DNA of 64,000 nucleotides from NCBI RefSeq assembly GCF_006345805.1, contig NC_042998.1, forward strand, positions 143,282,001 to 143,346,000, written 5' to 3'. The translations under genes were made by a program, and so were the position numbers. Under the pieces are notes generated by a model. It had not been told where the DNA came from. It was given only the letters and a program-made list of their open reading frames with translations, and did no database searches. The DNA is from Octopus sinensis. Taxonomy: Eukaryota. Positions 11,543 to 23,149 of this stretch are shown in pieces (within the stretch, counting starts at the first letter, position 1; the number at the start of each line of letters is the position of its first letter).

Positions 11543-12170
11543 ATGTATGTATGTATGTATGTATGTATGTATGTATGTATGTATGTATGTATGTATGTAT
11601 GTATGTATGTATGTGTGTATGTATGTATGTATGTGTGTATGTATGTATGTATGTATGTATGTATGACCTCCTCTGTTTTTAATTATTTGAAATCATTCTT
11701 TGATCAAGGAGGTAGTTTCTAACAAGGCTACAAAGCTCCACTATTAGAATGTATATAACAAAAACCATTTCACATTCTGAACTTGAGAAAGTTTTGCATA
11801 ATTTTACTGCTCCATTTACAGATTGTATTTGTAATGTACGAATTAGTTGGTTGATATCCCCCCCCCCCGAAAACCCTAGCTTATCCAAATTGTCACTTAG
11901 GTATTAACTCACTAAATCAAGTGTGAACTGGCTCAAATGCCAATTTATAATCTGGATCTAGGAGCTGGAGGTTTTGAAGCAGTCATCTGCAGTTAACAAC
12001 TTCCTATCTGATTTTCAAAGAGATATTCACATCAACAAATCAGGTGACATATTTTATCTTGGCTGTTCCAAACAACAATATCTGGCCGGTTGTGTTTACG
12101 CTAGACAGAATTTTTGATAAGGAAGCTCCACTAACATTCCTTGTATTAATGTTTATGTATATATTCAATA
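11543..12170 (-). mobile_element. RLE-type non-LTR retrotransposon 3' fragment with (CATA)n tail
   Basis: Minus strand reads KHNRPDIVVWNSQDKIC, LQNLQLLDPDYKLAF and KLGFS..LIRTLQIQSVNGAVKLCKTF (PD-type RLE motif). It continues into a 3' UTR and the microsatellite at 11543-11664. Confidence 0.7.
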
Positions 12171-13289
12171 ACACATTCTATCTTTATTCGAGGACATGCA
12201 AGTATGTATAAATACACACACATACCCCACGCCCGCGCGCACACACACACGCACGCACACACACGGTAGTCATGTTTGTTATAGTGTATGGCATACAGTC
12301 TAACAAAGATGGCTTCTATGTCACTGTCATTCTATCTACGGTTTAATAATCGCAAAGATTCGCATGAAACTATTGTAGCTGTATTAATACTAACGACTTT
12401 ATTAAAAAAAAGGAATTCATCCACCAATGAGATGTTAATTCTTTTTTGTCCCTCACCTCTCTCCATTTCTTCCCTCCCTCCCCCTCACTCTATACATCTG
12501 TATATGTACGTATGTATACATATATATGTATTGGTTATATATATATATATATATATATATCATATACATACATACATACATATATGTGTGTGTGTGTGTG
12601 TGTGTACATATATACATATGCATACATACACACGTGTACACATATATAAGCCATACGTCACATGACACATTGTATATTTTGGCTTTAAGAGTTGTACATT
12701 GAGATTCAATTAGTACACATCATTTTAAATGTGCGCATATATGTGGTCGCGTGTGTGTGCATGCGTGTATGAATGTGTGTGTGTGTGTATGTGCGCGCAT
12801 AGATGTATGTATATGTATGCGTGTCAACATATTATTGTAACGCTCTTTTCATCCTGTATCCCACGTCAATATTCTTAATAATCAACCTATTCTTTTAAAG
12901 ATTATTACTTTTTTAGGGGCGGAGATATCTCTTTTGTCTGTTTTCATTTCTCTTTTCTCTTTTAATGTTTATTTATGTTTATTTTTGGACATTTTCTTTT
13001 TTTTTGCCTTTGTTCAATTTCATTCCTCCTCCCACCTATGCTACCGGTGACCACCTCCATTACCACTTTTACCACTATCTCCATCCCGACGACGATGGCC
13101 ACCACCACCACCACACCACCACCACCACCACCACCACCACCACCACCACTAACACCGCCACCACTACTAACATCGCCACCACAATATTTTCAAACCTGAC
13201 AATTATTTCGTTTTGATCGTTCTGTCTCATGTCTCCCTCATCTTTTCAATCATATCTTTCGTGTTATACACATACACACACGCACACAC

Positions 13290-13332
<43 letters not shown>

Positions 13333-13385
13333 CACACACATATATATACATGTACACACACACACATATATATATATATACATGT

Positions 13386-13416
<31 letters not shown>

Positions 13417-13419
13417 CAT

Positions 13420-13458
<39 letters not shown>

Positions 13459-13479
13459 TACATATATACATGTACATAT

Positions 13480-13529
<50 letters not shown>

Positions 13530-13710
13530 GTTGAAATTTGCAGAAAAACAAAAGACGAAGGCAGGTATATAAACAACAAGCAGGTGTCTTAGTTTGACGC
13601 TCGAGAAGGTGAGAAAGTCTTTTACGTTTCGAACCTACGCTCTTCAACAGAAAGGAGCACGAGGAAATAAACAGAGACAGAATTAAAAAAAATTGTTGAG
13701 TTAGCGGTCA
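13530..13710 (-). mobile_element. Short hammerhead-bearing element, family X (putative PLE pLTR)
   Basis: Homologous to 53960-54150 (TTTCTGTTGAAGAGCGTAGG.TCGAAACGT.AAAGACTT...CCTGCCTTCGTCTTTTGT). Ends at (TA)n. Confidence 0.7.
13619..13654 (-). ncRNA. Candidate minimal type I hammerhead ribozyme
   Basis: CUUU-CUGUUGA-A-GAGC(GUAG)GUUC-GAAA-CG-UA-AAAG. Stem I 4 bp, stem II 4 bp, self-complementary ACGU stem III. Folded by eye. Confidence 0.6.
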
Positions 13711-13765
13711 ATCATACATGGAGAGCATAACGATTAAAGTTGTAGTTGAAGAAAAGATAGCTGTT

Positions 13766-14373
13766 ATGGAGGACTGGAAAGCATCTGAGTGCTGGAAAAG
13801 AGTTTCTTGTATCATGATAATTCGCGCCGGCTACTAAAGTGCCAACATCGTGACTGCTGCTCAATGGTCTGTGGACACTGCAAAGACTGTAAGACGTCAC
13901 ATGGAGAACCGCAAGGAAGACTACGAAGGCTTTCTGACTCCGTCCATACGTCGTAATTCATCCCCAAATATCTGAATAGGCTCAATTTAGAGAGCTCAGT
14001 GAAACTGCTGGGGACTGATCTATCCATGGCTGGAGAGGATTGTTACTGGAAGGCCATATGTGTGGCAGTAAGATTTAACTCTTGCTATACCGCTGAAAAG
14101 AGTCAGAAGTGGTAATCGGGCAACTTGTACGACTTCACTTGCCCCAATCTCTGGCCTCCAAATTCGCCCGATTGTAATCTCATGGCTTACTATGTGTGGG
14201 GTACAGTTGAGAAAGACACCAACCGCTCTACTCGCAACACAAAGTCTGAGCTGGTGGGCAAGATCAAGGAGGTGTTCGAAAGTCTTCTCAGGGACACTGC
14301 GAGGAACGTATGCGCCAGGTTCCAGAGCTGTCATAAGGCCATGGTAGAAATTGAGGGTGGTTACATTGTGTAA
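13766..14373 (+). pseudogene. Tc1/mariner (maT/DD37D-like) transposase remnant, internally deleted
   Basis: N-terminus MEDWKASECWKRVSCIMIIRAG and C-terminus WPPNSPDCNLMAYYVWGTVEKDTN...EIEGGYIV. Confidence 0.8.
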
Positions 14374-14401
14374 ACTGTTATCTCCCAGCCATAATCTAGA
14401 T

Positions 14402-14688
14402 CAAAGGTTCTTAACCCATTTTGGTCAAAGGCTCCATTTTGAGCCTTGGAGTCACAATATTTTTATTTTTCAATAAATATTTTTATTTTTCAATATACTA
14501 CTTATTTTCATATCAACAGATGATTAAAAAATAAAGGACGTCGTTTTACATATGCGCTTGTACGCAGTCGGAAATATAGATGTACAAACTGAAATGCAAA
14601 AAACAAAAACAAAAAAAATCAAAACAAAACGAAACGAAACGAAATGGCACCCCTCGTGGGGGTATATGAACACCGTTGAGAACCTTTG
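14402..14688. mobile_element. hAT (Charlie-like) MITE
   Basis: TIRs CAAAGGTTCTTAAC and GTTGAGAACCTTTG. 8-bp TSD ATCTAGAT/ATCTAAAT resembles the Charlie target consensus NTCTAGAN. Confidence 0.8.
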
Positions 14689-14989
14689 ATCTAAATGATA
14701 TGCTTGGATGTTTTAACATACGTGTATTTTTGGATTGTAAATTGTGATTGCTTTTCCTTTTATGTCACTTGTCAAATTTATCCCGAATATCATCTGTGTA
14801 TGTATGCACTGAGACCGTCATATATATACATATGTATGTGTATATATAGTGGCGGCGGTGCATGTCCTGCTGTTGCTACAGGTGATGATGATTATGGTAG
14901 TGGTAGCGGTGATAGTGGCGGCGGCGGCGGCGATGGTGGTGGTTCTAGTCGTAGAGATGGTATATATATGTATGTACATGTACTGAAAA

Positions 14990-15200
14990 CCCGCATATCG
15001 AACTGGTAGGATCGTTAGCATGCAGGGTAAAATACTTACCAGCATTTCGTCTGTTTTTACGTCTGAGTTCAAATTCCACCAAGATTGACTTTGCCTTTCA
15101 TTCTTTCGAGGTCGATGGAAGTCCTAGTTAAGCACTGGAGTCGATGTTATCCGCTAGCCCCTCCTCCCCAAAATTTCAGGCCTTCTGCCTGTAGTAGAAA
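14990..15200 (+). mobile_element. SINE family S2
   Basis: GGATCGTTAGCATGC...GTCTGAGTTCAAATTCCACCAAGATTGACTTTGCCTTTC. Confidence 0.75.
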
Positions 15201-15202
15201 GG

Positions 15203-15235
<33 letters not shown>

Positions 15236-15249
15236 TATGAATAGTGAGT

Positions 15250-16115
15250 CACGAATGATCCGTCCTGGGTTTTCCTGTCCATCTTTGTATCGTCTATTTG
15301 TCTGTGTGATTTTATTGTCGTCCGTTACGTTCTTATTCCCCCCTTTTTTTTATTTATATATACTTATAGCGGCGTACATGCATCTTTGCTCACCTTGTAA
15401 GTAAGTATATATCTAAATTCTGTAAGACTTTTTTCTCCTTCTTTTAGTACCCCTTATACTTTCTTCTTTCTTTCCTCCTTTCTTTTTCTCGTTCTCCCTC
15501 TCTCACATTTCTTGGTATTCTCTTTCTTTAACGTCTCCACTTTCCTTCGTTATGTCCCTCGTACCTTTTCCTCTGTCCCTCCTCTCTCTCTAGTTCTTTC
15601 CCTAATTCTTCAATCCCTCTACCCCTACCTTTCTCTGTTCTTTCCACGAGACTGGTGTTCGGCCAAGCACGATCTTTCTTTCTCGGTCTGACCGCCGTCC
15701 AAATACACACCTTATTTCCTGTCTCCTGACTTTGATCTATGTTCGTGCCTCAAAGCTTTCACTCCAGCTCAACTTAACTTGTTCGTATTAGTTGAAAGAC
15801 ACTTGTTGTTATTCTCTTGTTGTTTGTATTTGTAATGGTGTAACATTTTCTCCGTTTTCTCGTTTTTTTGCCTGTGTTGTCGTACATATTCGCTTGCTTT
15901 CTTCCAAAAATTTACTGCTCTTAGCGTAGATCTTTTGGGCTTACCAATTTTGAAGTATCAAGTGTAACAGGCCGAAACTGTAATGATAATTAGAAGCTTG
16001 ACTGATGAATAGAGGACCACGAATGATCCGTCCTGGTTTTACCTGTCCGTCTTTGTATCATCTATCTGTCCGTGTGTTTTTATTGTCGTTCGCTACTTTC
16101 TTATTCCGTTTTTGG
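15250..16115 (+). mobile_element. Non-coding element bounded by ~95-bp direct repeats (PLE pLTR-like)
   Basis: CACGAATGATCCGTCCTGG...TTCTTATTCC occurs at 15250-15345 and 16018-16115. Interior is homologous to 6200-6770. Confidence 0.65.
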
Positions 16116-16120
16116 AATTA

Positions 16121-16207
<87 letters not shown>

Positions 16208-16210
16208 ATA

Positions 16211-16617
16211 TTTAACTTGTTTCCAGCATTAGACTGCAGCCATGCTGGGGCACCGTCATAAAGTATTTTAGTCGAACGAATCGACCCCAAGTATTTATTT
16301 TTCTTTTAAAGTCTGGTACTTATTCTATCGGTCTCTTTTGCTGAACCCATAAGTTACGGGAACACAAACACATTAACACCGGTTGTCAAGCGTTGGTGGT
16401 GGACAAACATAGACACAAAGACACAAAGTCTCTCTCTCTCTCTTTCTCACGCACACAGATCTTTATGACTTCTTTCAGTTTACATCTACTAATTCTATTC
16501 ACAAGGCATTGGCCGACCCAGGGCTGTAGTGGAAGGCACTTGCCCAAGGTGCCACGCAGCGGGATTGAACCGGAACCATGTGGTTGGGAAGCAAACTTTT
16601 TACCACACAGCCACGCC
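16211..16617 (-). mobile_element. SINE family S1
   Basis: Full head and 3' domain in reverse complement. Confidence 0.85.
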
Positions 16618-17703
16618 TTCGCCTATAGCCAACATTTTGTTACTATTCTCATCTTTCCCAATCTCCCACAATCCTTCCCTGGAACTTTCGATATTCCCTC
16701 TCTATTCCACCCGTTTCTTTCTCTTCAGAAACTCTTTTATTCTATTTCTCTCCCATGTTTTAGTCTCTTCTTTCTTCACGATATTTTCTTACTCCTATCT
16801 TCATTTTCATTCCTTTCTTTCCACTCCAGTACCCCATTTTTTTTTTACATATTCTTCGACACTTTCCTCTAACACACTTTTGTACCCTTTTATTCTCTCC
16901 CTCTTGTATATTTACTCACTCTTTCTCTCCTTTGTTTCAGTTACTCTCTTATACTTTCAATATATACTCCCTCTGTTTCAATTCCCCTCTCTCTCTTCCC
17001 CCATCTCGCTATCACTCTTTCCCTCCCTATATCCTACGTTGTTTCAATCTGTCACATAGTCATTCTCTCCTACTCTCTCTCCTCACTACACATTTTGTCT
17101 TTTCTCCTCTTTCTTTCTTTTTCTTCTGTCGTCCTTTCTCATATCACCTCTTCCTACGACTTCTGGAATCTGATCCTCACACACTCTCACTGTTTCTTCT
17201 ACTCACACTCCCACTCCTACTCAGTCATTTCCACCAGTTTCACTCCTCTCTTGTTACTATTACCTACCCTCTCTCCTACACTTATTTTAGTATGTAAACT
17301 GTTCTCTTCCTGCACATCACAGCGACTCCCTTTGTAGATTTTTTCTCTTTCTCTATTTTATCTTGCAGCTTGTGGTTCGCCATGTTGGATGACTAGTGAT
17401 GGCGGTGGTGGTTTTGGCGATGGTGTTAATGGTAGACATGGTCGTCGTGATGGAGGGGTGAGGTGCGGCGGATGGTTATATAGTTCTGCAAGAACGAACA
17501 CGTGTAGAACACGTGCATCCACACCGCCATCCCCCGAAACACTTAGAGAGACATACTTGGCGTTTCTACTTGTACAAACACATACACATATACATCTTCA
17601 TGCATAAACATATTCTGTTAAACAGATTTACATATATGTAAATTAACTTGCATTTACTTATGAAAATGTACATACATGTGAATATATATATCGAGAAAAC
17701 AAT

Positions 17704-17744
<41 letters not shown>

Positions 17745-17759
17745 TATATATATATTATA

Positions 17760-17801
<42 letters not shown>

Positions 17802-17809
17802 GGAGATAA

Positions 17810-18400
17810 ATAAAAATATATGCATACATACAAACATATATGTACGTACCTACATCTACATGTATATATACATGCATATATAAATAATTATACGGAAGTA
17901 CAGGACATCACAATAAGACGTAGAAACAGAAAAAGCCAAAAAACAAAAAAACAAGAAAACGGAAAACGAAAACCAAATACAGGACAGGTTACACAAGGAC
18001 AAAACCCCCGTCATCAGCTGTCGCTAGAGGAGTCAGGCATGTTTCGAAGGCATAACAGAACACTAATCCAATAGGCCTTCCTGCGAGAGAATTAAAATAA
18101 AATTTCAAGCAGCGGGGCACAATGAGTACGAACACAAACAAGACGTAACAATAAGACTGCAAAATTAAAATACATGTACAAAAACAAACACAAGAGGACG
18201 AACGAAAAAGCCTTTTTTCTGGCATAGACAAACAATATAAACTGCAAAAATAAAAATACATGTACAAAAAGTACAATTAGTTACAAAACGAGAAAATAAC
18301 AAGAATACTATACAGGAAATTAACCACACAAGGGGACGAACGAAGAAGCCTTTTTGCTGGCAAGGACGAAATAAGTGTAGTAGCAGCGCGTGGAGGCAGT
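17810..18400 (-). mobile_element. Non-coding interspersed element homologous to 61575-62254
   Basis: Shared blocks GTACAGGACA.CACAA, ATCAGCTGTC, GTTTCGAAGGCA and CCTTCCTGC.A.AGAATTAAA. Abuts (TA)n. Confidence 0.7.
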
Positions 18401-18446
18401 CTTTTCAATAGTGGTAACACGTGTGTAAAGGAATTTTATTATATAT

Positions 18447-18671
18447 ATTTATTATAGAAGGAGCTCTACAGACTAGAACTGTTTATTCAAGAGAAATCTT
18501 CAGGAAGCTAGTTAACAAGAATTGTATTGGCATTTATACATTTAGGCAGGTTTAAAGGGGTGTTGGTGGGGGACTTTTTGGGGGTAGGCATAGCGCAAAA
18601 AATCATACTTGGGGGAGTGGTCAAGGAGTCAGTGTTAAATTAGATAGGAGAATAAATAAAAAATAAAAAAT

Positions 18672-18708
<37 letters not shown>

Positions 18709-19075
18709 AAATAAAAAATAAATAAAAAATAAAATAAAAAAAATAAAAAAATATATTTTATTTTATTTTTATTTTATTTTTTATTTTTTTATTTTTTATA
18801 TTTTATTTTTTATTTTTTATTTTTATTTTTATTTTTATTTTTTTTTTTATTTTTTTTTTTATTTATTCTCCTATCTAATTTAACACTGACTCCTTGACAC
18901 ACTCCCCCAAGTATGATTTTTGCGCTAGCCTACCCCAAAAAGTCCCCCACCAACACCCCTTTAAACCTGCCTAAATGTATAAATGCCAATACAATTCTTG
19001 TTAACTAGCTTCCTGAAGATTTCTCTTGAATGAAACAGTTCTAGTCCTGTAGAAGCTCCTTCTATATAATAAATT
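18447..19075. repeat. ~630-bp spacerless palindrome centred near 18753
   Basis: 18447-18750 is the reverse complement of 18757-19075 apart from several 1-nt indels. The centre is (AAAAAT)n facing (ATTTTT)n. Confidence 0.9.
19007..19057 (+). ncRNA. Candidate type I hammerhead ribozyme
   Basis: AGCUUC-CUGAAGA-U UUC(UCUU)GAA U-GAAA-CAG(UUCUAGUC)CUG-UA-GAAGCU. Stem I 6 bp, stem III 4 bp, predicted cleavage after GUA at 19051. U-U at 10.1/11.1. Confidence 0.6.
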
Positions 19076-19140
19076 AATTTTACTCTGCTATGTATTGAGT
19101 ACCTTATTTACTGTGGTTAACCCCGAATCAACCCGGGACC

Positions 19141-19176
<36 letters not shown>

Positions 19177-19177
<1 letters not shown>

Positions 19178-19638
19178 TCTCTTTACTCTCTTTTACTTGT
19201 TTCAGTCACTTGACTGCGGCCATGCTGGAGCACCGCCTTTAGTCGAGGAAATCGACCCCGGGACTTCTTTTTTTTTGTAAGCCCAGTACTTATTCTATCA
19301 GTCTCTTTTGCCGAACCGCTAAGTAACGGGGACATAAACACCCCAGCATCGGTTGTCAAGCAATGCTAGGGGGACAAACACAGACACACAAACACACACA
19401 CACACATACACATATACATATATACGACGGGCTTCTTTCAGTTTCCGTCTACCAAATCCACTCACAAGGCTTTCGTCGGCCCGAGGCTATTGATTGATTG
19501 ATTGATTCTAGTTTCAGCTTATGAGCTGTGGCCATGCTGGGGCACCGCTATAGTAGAAGACACTTGCCCAAGGTGCCATGCAGTGAGACTGAACCCGGAA
19601 CCGTGTGGTTGGTAAACAAGCTACTTACCACACAGCCA
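19177..19638 (-). mobile_element. SINE family S1
   Basis: Near-consensus full-length copy with a small (ATTG)n-containing insertion. Confidence 0.9.
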
Positions 19639-20827
19639 CCTGTATATAATATATATATATATATAATATATATACCGGAGTAAACACATAAATGTGAAAC
19701 AAGGTGGAAAAAAAGAGTACTCAAATACCAGTGGTAGAGTAATATGCTTTATTTTAAGCAGCAGAAAATTCAACAAAATATGTTACTCTGAGTTTCTCGT
19801 TGCCGTTCATCAGAACAGTTCTTGCTAGAATGGAACATATATATTAATTCAATCTATACTCTTACAAACGCTACACCTTTAAAAAGAAATGGACTTGTTT
19901 GATTGGCCCTTTAGAAAAAACGGTCAATCTTCGAGCGATAAACAAAAAGGTCAAAAATAATGTGTATATATATATAAAAAACTTATAAAAATTATAAAAT
20001 CCGAGGAAAATACCGAGAAAAAACCTGTTGCCGTTAATGAAGACAGTACAAATTAATGCATAGAAATTAAACCTGTTAAAATACTGCAATACATATTTAT
20101 ATTAAAATCCACATATATATATCAACATACACAAAAGGATGCGCGTAAACGCCATACATACATATCAGACGTATGAATATGAATCTAAATTATACACATA
20201 AAAGCATGTGTACATATATTCACGCAAAACGTCTCGCACGCAAGCTAAAATTCATCTATGTAGCAATTCTCATATACTGAGCAAGGAGGGGAACGAAAGA
20301 AAGGGAAAGAGAGAAAAAGGAACGAGAGGAGGGGGGGGGAAAAAAATTTGTAGCGATGTTATTTGGCATCTATAGGCCAGTATACATACACAAGTTTGAA
20401 TCGATACATATACATACCGTCGTGTGTATGCGTGCTTAAGCACAAGCATACTTTCACTTACACATACCAGATACGTATGCTTACAAATACATATGCTTTG
20501 CTATACACAAACTTATATAAACATTCTAAATTTGACAACATGCTTTTTTTATATAAAAAAAAACATTGCTTTTAAAAATTCGTGTGCATTAATAAAAATA
20601 TATACGAAAGACCTATAAAATAAAATATAACATCCTATTTTGGGTCATTTATAAATAATCAGGTAATATAAATAATCAAGGTAATCTTATGCAATACAAT
20701 AACATGAAAACAAAGTTTGTAGGTTTTTCCTAATATATATGTAGAAACAATAAGACTTGCTATAGGTCCGTTGCAGCGCTCAAGAGTCAAAATCAAAATC
20801 AAAAAATCAAAATACAAAATATATACT

Positions 20828-21050
20828 CTATCCATATGGTATATTTATATTCGACATTTTAAATTTAGCCTTGTGCCTACATAAGTTCATTAATTCACTT
20901 CTTTGATTCAAAGAATTATTGTCTTTGAATAATATATGCATTTTTTCTAATAAGCAAAGCTTGCACTTGAAATTATATTTGTAAGCTCCATGCCTGTATG
21001 GTGCCGCCCTGTCCAGAATGCTCCATGTCACGTTGAAAGGTGGGGCTTCC
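20828..21050 (-). pseudogene. PLE GIY-YIG endonuclease C-terminal fragment
   Basis: WSILDRAAPYRHGAYKYNFKCKLCLLEKMHILFKDNNSLNQRSELMNLCRHKAKFKMSNI, the same motif set as 1081-1545. Confidence 0.85.
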
Positions 21051-21257
21051 TTTTTTTTTCCTCGGTATTTTCCTCGGATTTTATAATTTTTATAAGTTTT
21101 TATATATATATACATATATTTTTGACCTTTTTGTTTATCGCTCGAAGATTGACCGTTTTTTCTAAAGGGCCAATCAAACAAGTCCATTTCTTTTTAAAGG
21201 TGTAGCGTTTGTAAGAGTATAGATTGAATTAATATATATGTTCCATTCTAGCAAGAA

Positions 21258-21295
21258 CTGTCTGATGAACGGCAACGAGAAACTCAGAGTAACAG
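21258..21295 (+). ncRNA. Candidate minimal type I hammerhead ribozyme (second copy at 19780-19818, minus strand)
   Basis: CUGU-CUGAUGA-A CG(GCAA)CG A-GAAA-CUC(A)GAG-UA-ACAG. The near-palindromic stem III with a 1-nt loop would need dimerisation. A-A at 10.1/11.1. Confidence 0.5.
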
Positions 21296-21373
21296 ATTTT
21301 GTTGAATTTTCTGCTGCTTAAATAAAGTATATATATATATATTATATATATATATATACATACATATATACAT

Positions 21374-21458
<85 letters not shown>

Positions 21459-21470
21459 CATACATACATA

Positions 21471-21678
21471 TAAGAGGGATTATCACTAAGTGGACATCCA
21501 TTATGCTAGAAGTAGACCTCCTGTGGTCTTACCACTAAGAAAAGATTGTTCTCAAGAAAATTCAGCAAACGCCAGAACGTTTGCTGAATTTTCTTGGGAA
21601 CTATCTTTTCTTAGTGGTTAGACCATAGGGGGTCTACTCCTAGCATAATGGACGTCGACTTAGTGATCATCCCGCTTA
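21471..21678. repeat. Fold-back element: 101-bp arms, 6-nt loop
   Basis: 21471-21571 pairs with 21578-21678 with about 10 mismatches and no indels. Loop CCAGAA. Confidence 0.9.
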
Positions 21679-21791
21679 TATGTATGTAATATAATTTTTC
21701 TGAAACTTCAGATTTTTCAATATGCTAGGCCTTTGGTTTTAAATTGATATTAATCAAATTAATATTCAACTTTTCACCCTTATTATTTTAA

Positions 21792-21826
<35 letters not shown>

Positions 21827-22108
21827 GTGTGTGTGTGTGTGTGTGTGTGTGTATAGGCCAGTCAACTGTTTCTACCACGACCCTTTAGATTTCACTATGT
21901 CATTATGTGTGTGTGTGTGTGTGTGAGTGCGCACGTGCGCGCGTATTACTTTCCTGTGCATTTACGCGTGAATGAAAAACCCCCTGTCTCAAAGTCATAC
22001 GAGAGGGGCCCAATAGTGACATCTTAGATATCTTCAAGATCAACACCTGAGCCAAACAAGGACGATTCTTTACACATAAATGAGCTTAGAGAAATAACTC
22101 AAAAGCGG

Positions 22109-22109
<1 letters not shown>

Positions 22110-22172
<63 letters not shown>

Positions 22173-22510
22173 ATTATTATTAATATTATTATTATTATTA
22201 TTAATATTATTATTAATATTATTATTATCATTATGGCTGGGTTCCAACCCGGGTTGCAGCAACAAAGTCCACTCGCCACACTTTTCTGTCCAACATCACC
22301 GCCTCGAGGTCCTGGATACATTCCAGGCCAGTGTCTGCAATCAGGTTGTCGACGTGTCACGTCGTTTTCTTACATCACCATGTAGTGGGTCCCACAAGAC
22401 TAATTTGGGTGCTTCCACTTCGGAGTGGCACATGCAGTGACCAGATAGTTGCAGCTGTATTTGCCTGATTTTCTCGCTAACTTTCGGCAGGTCTCCATAA
22501 AGCGGCATGT
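22110..22510 (-). mobile_element. RTE-type LINE, 5'-truncated 3' end with (TAA)n tail
   Basis: LYGDLPKVSEKIRQIQLQLSGHCMCH..KLVLWDPLHG, frameshift, VDNLIADTGL..MLDRKVWR, stop near 22232, then a (TAA)n tract. Confidence 0.75.
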
Positions 22511-22846
22511 ATATGGTATATCAAATACCATATAAGATAAATTCTTGATTTATTCAAATTATTTCCACCTTTGGAGGATGTATCATAATTGTGACCAATT
22601 CCACTTGAGAAGGAACAGTTAAAAAATTTATAAATTTAATTTCGAATTTAAGATGTGAAAGATCAGAATATCTTCTCTATGAGAACTCAGCATCGAAAAA
22701 GTTCCAGTGTGTGTACGCTATTCGTGGAGTAACCTATATTCATGTATGTTGTTCATTGAATTGCCACTAGTCACTTCGAGTTGTTTCTCTTGGCTCATTA
22801 TGTTTGAATTATGTAAATTATCTAGGCCATAAAAGAGTATATAAAA

Positions 22847-22893
<47 letters not shown>

Positions 22894-23149
22894 CGCGCGC
22901 GTGTAATGAACCACAGCTCGGTGACAGCACCCGATCTCTTCTCCATCGAGCATGGCGCATGGCCTAGTTATTAGGTTGTTGCATTTACGATCAGAAGATC
23001 GCGGTTTCGACTGCCAAACCGGGTATTATACACTTTTCTTTTATATACACTTTTTTGTATAAATCTAAGTCCTTTGGCTACTGGAGATAGGTAGAAGAAT
23101 AATCGCCGTGCCGATGACGGTTATTGAGCCAGAAAAAAGGCTACATTTT

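Larger units (their letters stand above)
19660..21328 (-). mobile_element. 5'-truncated Penelope-like element with inverted pseudo-LTR
   Basis: 19745-20025 is the reverse complement of 21052-21328. A GIY-YIG C-terminal remnant lies between them on the minus strand. Confidence 0.8.
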
